Part shown: piece after piece, positions 10,611-21,079 of the stretch | Position numbering within the stretch: position 1 is the stretch's first letter | Layout: each line of letters begins with the position of its first letter | Assembly: GCA_012031565.1 (NCBI GenBank) | Contig: JAAUUM010000001.1 | Location: 6,981 to 70,980 of the forward strand | Reading direction: 5' to 3' | From: Synechococcaceae cyanobacterium SM2_3_2 | GTDB taxonomy: Bacteria > Cyanobacteriota > Cyanobacteriia > Thermostichales > Thermostichaceae | Length of the DNA: 64,000 bases | Made by a program: the position numbers and the translations under genes | Notes under the pieces: model-generated | Told to the model about the DNA's origin: nothing | What the model saw: only the letters and a program-made list of their open reading frames with translations | Database searches by the model: none

Positions 10611-10713
10611 TGGGATCCCCTCTTGGGCGGACTGGTCACAGTTTAATCATTCCTTACCACAATAGCTTTTTCCCAGATTGAAGCACCCTAGTCTGTGATG
10701 GAACCCCACCTTT

Positions 10714-10754
10714 AATCTACAGAGATAATCTGCAAAGACCAATCTGCATAGACA
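10714..10754. repeat. Three imperfect tandem 13-14 nt units (AATCTrCAnAGAyn) upstream of clpX
   Basis: aatctacagagat / aatctgcaaagacc / aatctgcatagaca, read directly. They lie about 100-140 nt upstream of the clpX ATG. Confidence 0.8.
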
Positions 10755-10938
10755 ATGTCCGCAGCAGGTGCTTGAGGCGGGGTTTCTAACGGCAACTTGC
10801 CACGTCAGACTTGATTTCTCAAAACGAGGGCAGAAATCGACAGGGTGTGCTCTCTACTAACAGGAACTTCGCTAAGCGGAAATCGTTTTATCTCTGGCAG
10901 GGAAAAGAACTGTGATGAAATATGATCAGAGATTCAAT

Positions 10939-10958
10939 TTAACACCACTTAACACCAC
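10939..10958. repeat. Perfect tandem duplication, 2 x 10 nt (ttaacaccac)
   Basis: Read directly in the clpX upstream spacer. Confidence 0.9.
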
Positions 10959-11053
10959 CCCTGAGACTGGAGGGAGGGATCCCTGGGCGGATATCTCCTC
11001 TCGCCTCAATTGATGGCCTGGTTGGCGACTGACAAAGACCCTAGCCCTAAGAC

Positions 11054-12433
11054 TTAACTAGCCTGAGTAGCAAAAGGGGTACGCATCTTGCCGGGATTGA
11101 GCAAGCCATAGGGATCCGTCTGGGCTTTGAAGGTGAGCTGGGCCGGATCCATGTGCTGGCGACCGCCATCTTCGATGATGAAGGTGTGGGGATTGGCGAT
11201 AAAAACGTTATTCTCCTGGTGATAGCAGATGATCTGATTGAGGCGGTCCTCGCTGCTAAACCTGACAATCTGGAGTCCAGCCGCCCGCACGATTCCTGCG
11301 ACCCGAATAAACTCCAGATGCAGCATCACCTCCTCTCCAAAGTGGTTCATCATGTGCTCTAGGGTTTTCAGCTCTCCGTCGGGGGGAAAGAGGGACTGAA
11401 GGTAGGTAAGGCTAGGATCCACGCTCCGGCAATGCAAAGTGGTGTGGTTCCAGGTAAATTCCCCCAGCATGATGCCTTTACTGGCCTCTTGAGCTGTTTT
11501 GTTGTATACAATATGCCCGCCCCACTGAGCCACCATCTCTTGCAGCGGCTCCAGACAGCTTTCGGCCACCATCACCAAGGCAATATGGGATCCCTCAGGC
11601 ACCACCGACCGCAACGGTGCAAAGTAGCTGGGGATCGGCCAAGCATGGAGGCTGATTAACTTTTTGACAATGCCATCAGCTTCCCCCAAGGTCTGACAAA
11701 ACCGAGCGGCAGGCATGAACGGCCCCGCAAAAGCCACCACCACCTCCGCCCAGGGGTAGGCAGGAGCCATCGGCATCTCCAACTCGGTGATAATGCCGGT
11801 CAAGCCCCAGGCATGGCTGACCTGATGCACGTCATCCCCCCGCAATTCGATAATCTGGGGATCCTCGGTGACGGTGACCACCCGCAGTGCCTGGATGTTG
11901 CCCCGATCCCGCAGTTGACCATAAGTAATGGAGCCAATGCCACCGCTACCCCCAGCCACAAAGCCCCCCATCGTGGCGGTGCGATAGGTGGAGGGGGCCA
12001 TCCGTACCTCCCAGCCCATCTCACGGGTTTGCTTGTCGATGGCCATCAATTTGGCTCCTGACTGCACCCGCACCATGCCTGGTTTGGCCCAGACCACCTG
12101 GTTCAGCTTGCTCATATCCAACACGATGCCCCCCTGCAAGGGAACACACTGGCCATAGTTGCCAGTACCCGCCCCCCTGACGGTAAGAGGGATCCGTCGT
12201 TTGGCACAGACCGCCGCCACCCGCATCACCTCCGCTTCGTTGGCAGGGCGCAGCACCAGATCCGCCCGCTTATCCCGCAGCTGCCGCTCCAGTACGGGAC
12301 TGTAGTGAAAATAGTCCAGCGATAGCTTGGCCACCTGAGCGGGATCCGTGACCGATTCGATCCCGGCCAGATCAGACTTTAGGCTCTCGGCGTCAAAGAC
12401 AGTGCTGAGATTGGCAACGGCAATAGTCATCAT
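11054..12433 (-). CDS. FAD-binding oxidoreductase (FAD-linked oxidase, GlcD/D-lactate dehydrogenase-like)
   Basis: 459 aa. PCMH-type FAD-binding region (LVLRPANEAEVMRVAAVCAKRRIPLTVRGAGTGNYGQCVPLQGGIVLDM) and a C-terminal oxidase-like domain. Confidence 0.75.
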   Translation of the reverse strand: MMTIAVANLSTVFDAESLKSDLAGIESVTDPAQVAKLSLDYFHYSPVLERQLRDKRADLVLRPANEAEVMRVAAVCAKRRIPLTVRGAGTGNYGQCVPLQGGIVLDMSKLNQVVWAKPGMVRVQSGAKLMAIDKQTREMGWEVRMAPSTYRTATMGGFVAGGSGGIGSITYGQLRDRGNIQALRVVTVTEDPQIIELRGDDVHQVSHAWGLTGIITELEMPMAPAYPWAEVVVAFAGPFMPAARFCQTLGEADGIVKKLISLHAWPIPSYFAPLRSVVPEGSHIALVMVAESCLEPLQEMVAQWGGHIVYNKTAQEASKGIMLGEFTWNHTTLHCRSVDPSLTYLQSLFPPDGELKTLEHMMNHFGEEVMLHLEFIRVAGIVRAAGLQIVRFSSEDRLNQIICYHQENNVFIANPHTFIIEDGGRQHMDPAQLTFKAQTDPYGLLNPGKMRTPFATQAS

Positions 12434-12584
12434 TCAATCAATCCTCAAATGGGCGGGTGACAAACCGGAAAAATCCAAAGCAAAGATTGGATCCCTCTTC
12501 CATTCTGACAAGAGGGACAGTGGTAAAAAGTTTATGGATAACTTTGGCCCTAGCTTTCCTCAATCCCAAAGCTCAATCCTGTTG

Positions 12585-12610
12585 TGAGATTACTTAATGA
12601 GATTACTTAA
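12585..12610. repeat. Perfect tandem duplication, 2 x 13 nt (tgagattacttaa)
   Basis: Read directly, just downstream of the pyrB stop. Confidence 0.9.
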
Positions 12611-12615
12611 AGGGA

Positions 12616-13578
12616 TCAGCTGGTATGGGATCCCATTAAATAGAGCAATGCCATTCGCACCGCCACCCCATGACTGACCTGCGGTTCAATCAGGCATAGT
12701 CCAGGGGTCTCCATCACCTCAGAGGCCAGCTCCACCCCCCGATTGACAGGGCCGGGATGCAGTACCCGCACCCCCGGATCGCATCGCTTGAGCCGCTCTA
12801 GGGTGATGCCATAGGAGCGGTGATAGTCTCGCAAACTGGGGATCAGATGATTCTGCATCCGTTCCTGTTGCAATCTTAGGGCCATGACAAAGTGGGATCC
12901 CTCTAGAGCTGGATCCAGCTGCCAGTGCACGGTAGCTCCCCAACTCTCAAACTGTTTGGGCAGCAGCGTCGGTGGCCCCGCCAGATGAATGTCCATGCCA
13001 GCGGCTTTGAGGGCAAATAGATTCGACCGCGCCACCCGCGAATGGAGGATGTCCCCCACAATGGCTATCTTCAACCCTTGCAGGGATCCCAGACGGGGTT
13101 GCTGGGGATCCAGGTGAGTGCAGAGGGTATAGAGATCCAGCAGCCCTTGGGTGGGATGTTCGTGTAGGCCATCGCCCGCATTGAGCACCGAAGCCTGGGA
13201 TCCCGCTCGGGCTAGATCAGCCACGATTGACTGGGGCACCCCAGCTTGGGCATGACGCACCACAAAAATATCGGTTCCCATCGCCAAAAAGGTGCGGGTG
13301 GTATCTAAGATGGTCTCCCCTTTGGAGAGGGACGACGTGCCCGGAGCAAAGTTGAGGACATCGGCGGACAGTCGCTTGGCGGCCAACTCAAAACTGCTGC
13401 GGGTGCGGGTGGAGGGCTCAAAAAACAGTGTGGTGATCAGCTTGCCTTGCAGGGCAGGTACTTTGGGCAATTGACGCGCCAACACATCCCCAAAGCTAGC
13501 GGTCGTCCTCAGCACGATGTGGTAGTCATCGACGCTAAAGTCCCTCAGCCCCAACACATGCCGGTGACGCCACTCCAT
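12616..13578 (-). CDS. pyrB: Aspartate carbamoyltransferase catalytic subunit
   Basis: Carbamoyl-phosphate binding motif [23 protein letters not shown] and the HPTQ and HPGP motifs; 320 aa. Confidence 0.9.
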   Translation of the reverse strand: MEWRHRHVLGLRDFSVDDYHIVLRTTASFGDVLARQLPKVPALQGKLITTLFFEPSTRTRSSFELAAKRLSADVLNFAPGTSSLSKGETILDTTRTFLAMGTDIFVVRHAQAGVPQSIVADLARAGSQASVLNAGDGLHEHPTQGLLDLYTLCTHLDPQQPRLGSLQGLKIAIVGDILHSRVARSNLFALKAAGMDIHLAGPPTLLPKQFESWGATVHWQLDPALEGSHFVMALRLQQERMQNHLIPSLRDYHRSYGITLERLKRCDPGVRVLHPGPVNRGVELASEVMETPGLCLIEPQVSHGVAVRMALLYLMGSHTS

Positions 13579-13735
13579 AACCCCTCAGAGATCCACAAGC
13601 CTTCCTACTTTCTCCACAGTTTGGCCCCTCTGTCCAGCCATCGCCCCCTCGAATCAGGAGTCAACTTGCCAACCTAAGTCATACTCATTATGATTATGAA
13701 TATGCTTCTATAAAGTTTTGTATCGGTAAGGAGGT

Positions 13736-14413
13736 TTGCCCATGAGCACTTCTGGATTGAATTCTTCACTGAAATCTTCTTCACTGAAATCTTCTTCATT
13801 GAAATCGGTGATACGGCAACCCAAACTGGTGGCCATCGGGGGCAGTCTGCGACCAGAATCCCACACCTATCAAGCCCTGCAATCTCTGGCCCAGCGGATT
13901 CGCGCCCGAGGGGTGGAGCTAGAGATCTTAGATTTGCGCCAGATGACCCTGCCCTTTTGTGACGGGTCAGGAGACTACAACGATTTTCCTGATGTGGCCC
14001 GGTTACAAGAGGCGGTCAAACAGGCAGATGGGGTGATCTTGGCCACTCCTGAGTACCACGGCAGCCTCAGCGGTGTGCTCAAGAATGCCCTGGATCTGCT
14101 CAGTTTTGAGCAATTAGAAGGCAAGGTATTGGGGCTGATCAGCATCTTGGGAGGCACCGACAATAGCAATGCTCTCAACCATCTGCGCTTGATTGGTCGT
14201 TGGGTACGGGCCTGGGTGATCCCTGAGCAAATCGCCGTCAGTCGGGCTTGGGGAGCCTTTGATGGACAGGGGCAGATCAAAGATGAGCAATTGCAGGAAC
14301 GGTTTGACCGGTTTGCCGCAAGCATGATCGTCAATACCGCTAAACTGCGCGGGATCCCTCTGCCAGAGTCTTCTGCGGTCATGATCCAACAGCAGCACCC
14401 AACAGCCGTGTAA
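13736..14413 (+). CDS. NAD(P)H-dependent FMN reductase family oxidoreductase
   Basis: Flavodoxin-like fold motifs (KLVAIGGSLRPESHTY, ATPEYHGSLSGVLKNALD). The N-terminus carries a 3 x 15-nt in-frame tandem repeat (13762-13806, SSLKS x3). ATG at 13742 is an alternative start. Confidence 0.75.
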   Translation: MPMSTSGLNSSLKSSSLKSSSLKSVIRQPKLVAIGGSLRPESHTYQALQSLAQRIRARGVELEILDLRQMTLPFCDGSGDYNDFPDVARLQEAVKQADGVILATPEYHGSLSGVLKNALDLLSFEQLEGKVLGLISILGGTDNSNALNHLRLIGRWVRAWVIPEQIAVSRAWGAFDGQGQIKDEQLQERFDRFAASMIVNTAKLRGIPLPESSAVMIQQQHPTAV

Positions 14414-14559
14414 GGGATCCCAGCTACGGGCAAGCGGAAAGGCTTTCAGAGTCACCTCGATGTACTTTACAAATTGAGACAGGATCCGGGGGGCTATAAC
14501 CAGGGTTGCCTCGGATCCTTTATTCTTGAAAATGTCGATTCGTTTAAGATTTACCCGAT

Positions 14560-14676
14560 ATGACACCCTCCTTGATGAATTTCTTGCTCAGCCTCGTCGC
14601 TGGTGCTGCCGTGTTGGGAGCTATTTTTGGCGGTGTACTCTTCATCAGCCAGCAGGATAAAGTCAAGCGCCGCTAA
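14560..14676 (+). CDS. psbX: Photosystem II reaction centre protein X
   Basis: 38-codon ORF, too short for the supplied track: MTPSLMNFLLSLVAGAAVLGAIFGGVLFISQQDKVKRR. It has a single TM helix and the PsbX-typical MTPSL start and SQxDKVxR tail. Confidence 0.8.
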   Translation: MTPSLMNFLLSLVAGAAVLGAIFGGVLFISQQDKVKRR

Positions 14677-14964
14677 GATGTATGGTTGCTGCAAGACACA
14701 TTGGGATCCCTGTTGGAATGGGTCTAGTTTGACTCGATTCTAGATAGGTCTTTGGATATCACTCATGAGTTGGGCTTGGGTTGGTCAGAGTTGGTGCTGA
14801 TTAGCCCTTTTTTACTTGTTCTAAATCCAATCTAAATCAAGCTGTGATGCTCATCTCAAGCCAGAGGCAACAGTTCTCAACCCGTGCTGTTGAGAGGGCA
14901 TGGGCCTTCTCCCTCATGGATGTGCTAACCTAATCCCCAGTAAGTCGATTGAGATTGGCGGTTT

Positions 14965-16773
14965 ATGGGCAGAGGTAAGGTGGTGGATCCAGGTTCTAGC
15001 CCAACTGGGCCAGAGATCAAGCGCTCCAAGGTCGAACATATCAAAGAGGCGAGCCACCTGTTGCGGGAGCCTTTGGCTACAGAATTACAGCAGGATACCT
15101 CCCACTTTAGTGAAGCCGCCATCCAAATCCTCAAGTTTCATGGGGTCTATCAGCAGGACGACCGAGATGCACGGCAGCAGCGGCGGCAAGAGGGGCTAGA
15201 ACGGGCCTACTCGATGATGCTGCGAACCCGAGTGCCCGGTGGCATTGTGCCGCCTCAGATCTATCTGACTCTGGACAAGCTGGCGGATCAGTATGGCAAT
15301 GGCACCCTCCGCACCACAACTCGGCAAGCTTTTCAGATGCATGGGGTGCTCAAGCAGGATCTCAAAACAGTGTTGGCCTCCATCGTCATGCAGATGGGAT
15401 CCACGTTGTCCGCTTGTGGGGATGTCAACCGCAACGTCATGGCCCCCATGTCCCCCTACAAAAATCGCCCTGATTTTGTCTATGCCCAAGCCTATGCCAG
15501 CAAGCTAGCGGATGTGCTCACCCCTGAGGCAGATGCCTATTTTGATATCTGGGTGGATGGGGAACGGGTGGAGTTGCCCGAAGATCCTGATGTAGCGTTG
15601 GCCAGACAGTTTGTGGGTCAGGGGGTTCGGGATCCCCACAGTCCAGAGCCGTTGTATGGCACTCAGTTTTTGCCCCGCAAGTTCAAGTGCGCCATCGGGA
15701 TCCCCGCCGAAAACAGTGTCGATATCTACTCGCAGGATATTGGCCTGATCGTGATCACCGATCCGGGGACTGGCCAGCTCAAGGGGTTCAATATTTTAGT
15801 AGGGGGTGGTCTTGGTCGCGCCCACAACAAAGATGAGACCATGCCCCTGTTGGCTCAACCCTTGGGATTTGCCCCGCCCGCAGAAGTGCTGAAGGTGGTA
15901 CAGGCCATTCTGGCGGTGCAACGAGATAACGGTAATCGCCAGGATCGCAAACAAGCTCGGATGAAATATCTGGTTCAAAACTGGGGGATCCGCAAGTTTC
16001 GGCAGGCGGTGGAGCAGTATTATGGCCAAAAGCTAAAACGCTGGCGTCCGTTGCCAGAACTCAATCCTCCCGGCTTTTTGGGCTGGCGAGAGCAAGGGGA
16101 TGGAAAACTCTTTTTGGGTCTGTTTGTCGAAAATGGCCGCATCGCTGATACCCCAGAGCGGCAACTCAAAACCGCCCTCCGACAGATCACAGAGCGATTT
16201 GGCTTTGAGATTCGACTCACCCCGACTCAAGACTTGCTGTTGGTGGATATCGAGCCGGAGCAACGGTCTCAGGTGGATGCGATTTTGCAGGAGTATGGGG
16301 TGATGCCCTTTGAGCGGATCCCGGCTTTGGTGCGAGATGGCATGGCCTGTCCTGCCTTACCCACCTGTGGGCTAGCGATTGCCGAATCGGAGCGGGCTTT
16401 ACCCAGTTTATTGCGCCAACTGGATGCCCTTCTCCAAGACCTAGGATTGGGCCAAGAGAGCTTCGTGGTGCGAATGACCGGATGCCCGAATGGCTGTGCC
16501 CGCCCCTACTTGGCCGAATTGGGGTTTGTGGGCAATGCACCCGACCAGTATCAAGTCTGGTTGGGGGGAAGCCCCCGTGGAGATCGCCTCGCCACTGTCT
16601 TTGCCGAAAAAGTTCATGTCAACGGCATTCTAGATCTTCTACGACCCCTGCTCAAACATTACCAACAGCACAAATTTGCTACTGAGAGCTTTGGGGATTT
16701 TTGTCACCGGGTGGGCTTTGAGGTCTTGCGGGCACAGTTGGCCCCCGATCCCGTCTTAGCCGGGGTACGCTAA
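14965..16773 (+). CDS. sir: Assimilatory sulfite reductase (ferredoxin), sirohaem/4Fe-4S hemoprotein
   Basis: 602 aa. LKFHGVYQQDDRD, the nitrite/sulfite reductase repeats, and the cluster-binding cysteines CPALPTCGLA ... CPNGCARP. Confidence 0.9.
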   Translation: MGRGKVVDPGSSPTGPEIKRSKVEHIKEASHLLREPLATELQQDTSHFSEAAIQILKFHGVYQQDDRDARQQRRQEGLERAYSMMLRTRVPGGIVPPQIYLTLDKLADQYGNGTLRTTTRQAFQMHGVLKQDLKTVLASIVMQMGSTLSACGDVNRNVMAPMSPYKNRPDFVYAQAYASKLADVLTPEADAYFDIWVDGERVELPEDPDVALARQFVGQGVRDPHSPEPLYGTQFLPRKFKCAIGIPAENSVDIYSQDIGLIVITDPGTGQLKGFNILVGGGLGRAHNKDETMPLLAQPLGFAPPAEVLKVVQAILAVQRDNGNRQDRKQARMKYLVQNWGIRKFRQAVEQYYGQKLKRWRPLPELNPPGFLGWREQGDGKLFLGLFVENGRIADTPERQLKTALRQITERFGFEIRLTPTQDLLLVDIEPEQRSQVDAILQEYGVMPFERIPALVRDGMACPALPTCGLAIAESERALPSLLRQLDALLQDLGLGQESFVVRMTGCPNGCARPYLAELGFVGNAPDQYQVWLGGSPRGDRLATVFAEKVHVNGILDLLRPLLKHYQQHKFATESFGDFCHRVGFEVLRAQLAPDPVLAGVR

Positions 16774-16901
16774 CCCTCGCTGGGATCCCGCCTGAGTACG
16801 CTAGGATCGTCCCAACGCGGATGGATCTGCTGGCTGCTTTGCCACAGGTGGGATCCCTGTCTGACCCTATTCCTTATATCTCAAGAGCACCCCCGAATCC
16901 T

Positions 16902-18045
16902 ATGGAACTCGCTGACCTGAGAAATGCACATCAGCAGCTCACCTTACGCCTGGGCAATGCTCAGGACTATCTTTGACCTGCCCCAACTAGAACAACAAAT
17001 CGCCATCATGGAGCAGGAAGCCTCGGATCCCGAGTTTTGGAACGATGCCGATGCAGCCCGTGCCCAGATGCAAAAACTAACCAACATCAAGTCCACCTGG
17101 GATCAGATTCATCGCTGGCAAGCCCAACTTTCGGATGCGGAAGTTGCCCTTGAGATGTTGGGAGAAGAACCAGATTCCAGTCTGTTTAGCGAGACAGATA
17201 CTCAACTGCAAGAGGTTGACAAAGCCCTCAGTCGTTGGGAATTGCGCCAATTATTATCTGGCCCCCACGACGAAAAAGGGGCGGTTTTAACCATCACTGC
17301 GGGGGCGGGCGGCACCGATGCTCAGGATTGGGCAGAGATGTTGTTGAAGCTCTACACCCGTTGGGCCGAAAACCAGGGCTACAAAGTCACCCTATCGGAA
17401 TACTCAGAAGGGGCAGAAGCTGGGATCAAGTCCGCCACCCTGATGATTGAGGGATCCTATGCCTATGGCTATCTCTCCGCCGAGAAGGGCAACCATCGCA
17501 TGGAGCGGATCAGCCCCTTCAATGCCAACGGCAAACGACAGACCAGTTTTGCTGGCGTGGAGATCATGCCAATCTTGGCGGATGAAGGTGAATACCAAAT
17601 CAAAATGGATGAGCTGGAGTTTGAAACCTCTCGGTCTGGCGGAGCGGGGGGGCAGAACGTCAACAAGGTGGAAACTGCCGTCCGGGTGATCCACAAGCCC
17701 ACCGGATTAGCAGTGCGTTGTACGGAGGAACGATCCCAGCTGCAAAACAAAGAAAGAGCCATCCAGATCCTCAAGGCCAAACTGGTGGAGCTAGAAGAGG
17801 AGAAGCGGCGACAAAAAATTGCTGAAATCCGAGGGGGCATGGTCACTCAAGGGTTTGGCGGTCGCATCCGTACCTACACCTTCGATCCCTACAAAATGAT
17901 CAAAGATCATCGCACCAATGCCGAGACATACAACATCGATGGTTTTATGAACGGGGATCCCGATCAGTTGTTGGCCTTTATCCAAGCCTATCTCCAGCAG
18001 CAAAATGTGAAGGAGTCTGGACAGACTGTGGGTGGAGCCGCCTAA
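16902..18045 (+). CDS. prfB: Peptide chain release factor 2, expressed by programmed +1 frameshift
   Basis: Frame 0 ATG at 16902 encodes [24 protein letters not shown] and ends at the canonical slip site TAT CTT TGA C (16968-16977). The +1 frame continues DLPQLEQQ... through SPF and GGQ ([17 protein letters not shown]). Effective CDS is join(16902..16973,16975..18045). Confidence 0.9.
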
Positions 18046-18053
18046 CATACCTG

Positions 18054-18296
18054 ATGTCCCATCCTCACCCTCAAGATATTGCCAATCTGATTCTGCATTT
18101 GCAGACTGAATTGGCATTGCTTGAGCAGGCGTTGCATCAGGGGGAGTCTCCTCCTTCTCCTGAGGTTTTGGCTCATCTGCGTCGCTGTCAGGGATCCCTG
18201 CGTCAGGCGATTCAGTCGATGGATCTACAAGAGTGGTACCAAGAATTGACCCAGGGCATGAGAGATCAGTTGGGTCGATTGGAGGAATGGCTGTAG
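18054..18296 (+). CDS. Hypothetical small helical protein
   Basis: 80-aa ORF 8 nt after prfB, followed by a strong hairpin. No family recognised. Confidence 0.45.
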   Translation: MSHPHPQDIANLILHLQTELALLEQALHQGESPPSPEVLAHLRRCQGSLRQAIQSMDLQEWYQELTQGMRDQLGRLEEWL

Positions 18297-18326
18297 TACC
18301 GCTGCCATCATCTAAATCTAACGAAA

Positions 18327-18355
18327 AAAGGGATCCTCAACTGGGGGATCCCTTT
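18327..18355. terminator. Bidirectional intrinsic terminator between the small ORF and the porin gene
   Basis: aaagggatcc (18327-18336) pairs with ggatcccttt (18346-18355). There is an A-run upstream and T-rich sequence downstream, so a U-tract exists on both strands. Confidence 0.6.
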
Positions 18356-18389
18356 GCTTTATCAGCTTTAATCAAGCGATGAGGTTAGA

Positions 18390-19985
18390 TCAGAAGTTGA
18401 ACTCAGCCCGGACTGCACCCACACCGATGGTGGGATCGTTAGCGCCGTTCACACCACCACCATTGGGGTTGCTGACGAAGTAGGCGCTAGGGATGATATT
18501 CAAAAAGTCGTTGACGGGGATGGAGTAGTACACGTCAAAGATGAAGGGATTGCTTTCCACAACGTCGGTGTTGACCGGAGGCTGACCAAAGGAAACGCCA
18601 CCTTCACCACCTTCGAGGAACAAGTCAGGGAATAAGAAGCCCACCAAGAAAGAGGTGACATCTTCATCGCCCGGATCAAAGGTACCAGCTGGGATCGTTT
18701 CAGGCAGCTCATAACCTACATTTGCAGAAGCAAACCAACCAGAGAGGATCACACGAGGGGTGATTTCCCAGTCAGCAGCAATACCAAAGCCATTGATGCG
18801 GGCATAGGTGCCATCAACAGGGTCATTAGCGCCATTGACAGGCCCACGCAAGAAGTCGCCGCCCAAACCTGTGGCGTCCTCAATGTAGCCCGTGCCAAAG
18901 GAGAAATAAACGCCAACCGTCTCAGTCGGGGTAAAGGCTAATTCAACCGCGTGGAAAGAATCGCCACCCGTGATGCCGGTCTCTTCCCCAAAGGTACCAG
19001 GGGTTTGAGCATTGTCGGTACCATAGCCATAAGCAACCCGGAACAGGTCACCCACATTGGTATTGAAGGCAATACCAGCATCACCGGGAGCATCACCCGC
19101 AGGCCCGAAGATGTAAGGAGCATCGTCATTGAAGCTAGACAAGCTACTGAAAGGAGAACCGTAGGCGATCCGCTCATCAGTACCTTGGCCCACAGCGCCA
19201 ATCGACACGGTGGTGTTGTCAAAGATTCTGAAGCGGTAGGTCAAGGTGGTTAAGCGAACATTACCACCCTGGTTGCTGCCGCCAAAGGCCAAACCAGGAT
19301 CAGCAGCACCACCAAGTACGTCGGAGGGGGTGACTGCATCCCGGGCTTGCAGACGAATCCGCAGACGGTCAGAACCCACAAAGGAGGCATCAAAGTTCAA
19401 CCGTACCCGGTAAGGCAGGGTGAAGTTGGCAGCAGAGGCATCAGTGATCAAATTGCCGTTGCCATCAACCCGATCTTCGGTCAGGCCAGCGCCCACCAAA
19501 GCTGTGATCACCTGAGCGTTCAACTTGGTGACAGGGTTGAAAATTTTGCTCCGCAGGTCAGCCACGTCAGCTTCCAGGATGTCCACGCGACCGCGCAGAG
19601 CAGCCAGTTCGGCGGCGAACTCTTCTTGTAACCGTTGCAGGGTGGCCAAATCTTCACGAGAGACTTTGTCAGCCAAGCCAGCAGCAATCAATTCATTGAT
19701 GCGATCCAAGCAAGCATTCATACCAGCAGCAAACTCAAAGCGAGTCATCGCCCGGTTGCCACGGTAGGTGCGGTCAGGATATCCAGCGATGCAGCCGTAG
19801 CGTTCCACCAACGATTGCAGAGCTTGGAACGCCCAGTCGGTGGGCTGCACATCAGACAATTCAGAAATAGCGGTCACAGGGCCGGAGGCTTGAGCCATAG
19901 CCGGGGCCTGCATCACACCAGGTGTCAAAACTGCAGCTGCACCCAAAGTGCCAGCTAACAGAGATTTCCAGTAATTCGCGGGCAT
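18390..19985 (-). CDS. Outer-membrane porin with N-terminal SLH domain (cyanobacterial Som/OprB-type)
   Basis: Signal peptide, SLH motif (DVQPTDWAFQALQSLVERYGCIAGYPDRTYRGNRAMTRFEFAAGMNACL), a coiled segment, then a beta-barrel-like region ending in F. Confidence 0.85.
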   Translation of the reverse strand: MPANYWKSLLAGTLGAAAVLTPGVMQAPAMAQASGPVTAISELSDVQPTDWAFQALQSLVERYGCIAGYPDRTYRGNRAMTRFEFAAGMNACLDRINELIAAGLADKVSREDLATLQRLQEEFAAELAALRGRVDILEADVADLRSKIFNPVTKLNAQVITALVGAGLTEDRVDGNGNLITDASAANFTLPYRVRLNFDASFVGSDRLRIRLQARDAVTPSDVLGGAADPGLAFGGSNQGGNVRLTTLTYRFRIFDNTTVSIGAVGQGTDERIAYGSPFSSLSSFNDDAPYIFGPAGDAPGDAGIAFNTNVGDLFRVAYGYGTDNAQTPGTFGEETGITGGDSFHAVELAFTPTETVGVYFSFGTGYIEDATGLGGDFLRGPVNGANDPVDGTYARINGFGIAADWEITPRVILSGWFASANVGYELPETIPAGTFDPGDEDVTSFLVGFLFPDLFLEGGEGGVSFGQPPVNTDVVESNPFIFDVYYSIPVNDFLNIIPSAYFVSNPNGGGVNGANDPTIGVGAVRAEFNF

Positions 19986-20555
19986 GTTTCTCTCCTTGTT
20001 CTACGTCCTCACAATGGGCGTAACACCGTGCCCACCATCCTTAAACTATATCCGCAACTCCGAATTGAGGTAGAGGTTCAACAATTAAGGAACTCTACGG
20101 TGAGTGCAGTCATATAGATATTAAGTCAGGCAGGATAGGGCACTACCCCAATCAAACTGACTATCACTTTACACAGGATTGCGTCTGAGACTCAACATCT
20201 CCAACACAAAACGGTGGTAAGAGCCTTGGCCCCCATACTCATACAGATAACTGTACACCAGGGATCCAGCCCTGACTAGCTATTGGTATAAAACTCCCCA
20301 AGATCTGTGGATGACCACCGTCTGGTTTGATTTCAACAGCTCATGCCTTCTCCAGCCGGGATCCCAGCTCTCCTAAATCCTGCCTTTTGAGAGGGATCCC
20401 AGCCCCAGAATCGTCTTGTCATTATTTTTTCAATGACTTCGATCTTTAATCTCTGAACCTCATTTCCAGATTTGTTGAGGTAAGTTTTTGGCGACTGATT
20501 TCTAGAGGATGTACGAGAAGTAGTATTCTGAGAGAGATGAGACCTTCAAGGCTCC

Positions 20556-20840
20556 ATGCAGTCATACCCCAGTGACTTAATCGAGACTTAACCGATACAG
20601 AATGGTGTCTTCTGGAACCCTTGATTCCCCTTCCCAAAGCGGGGGGACGTCCCAGCCCCACCAACATGCGCCACATCTGTAATGCCATCTTCATATGCAC
20701 TGGCCATCCCTGGCGTTACCTGCCCCATGACTTTCCCGCTTGGTCAACGGTCTATCATTACTTTCGTCTGTGGTGAGATGCGGGGGTGATTGAGCAGATG
20801 AATCACACCCTGCGAGAACTCCTCAAAGACCTGATGGATC
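20556..20840 (+). pseudogene. IS5-family transposase N-terminal fragment (frameshifted, truncated)
   Basis: MQSYPSDL then an 11-nt insertion, then TDTEWCLLEPLIPLPKAGGRPSPTNMRHICNAIFICTGHPWRYLPHDFPAWSTVYHYFRLW, a stop, then DAGVIEQMNHTLRELL. This is the DUF4096-type N-terminus of IS5-like transposases. No DDE half follows. Confidence 0.65.
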
Positions 20841-20897
20841 CCAAAGTTGGGGATTGGATGTGCAGCACTAAGCCGCTAGTGAAAGTTAGGCGATACA

Positions 20898-21059
20898 TCA
20901 TGACTGTTTCACCTGGGCTTTCTTGATGCGGATGATGGCTTGCAGGAGTTCCTTGCGGTGGAGGGAATCGGGATTGGGGATCCCTAGTTCTGCTGCGGTC
21001 AGTCGAAGTTGGGCGAGAGTGGGCCAAAAGATTCTTGCCATTGGTGGGATAGAACTCAT
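20898..21059 (-). CDS. Small phage-like protein with HeH/SAP (Rho-N-like) motif
   Basis: 53-codon ORF not in the track: MSSIPPMARIFWPTLAQLRLTAAELGIPNPDSLHRKELLQAIIRIKKAQVKQS. It lies 20 nt downstream of the Gp157-like gene. Confidence 0.4.
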   Translation of the reverse strand: MSSIPPMARIFWPTLAQLRLTAAELGIPNPDSLHRKELLQAIIRIKKAQVKQS

Positions 21060-21079
21060 CGCCCTGAGCGGGAGCCTGA

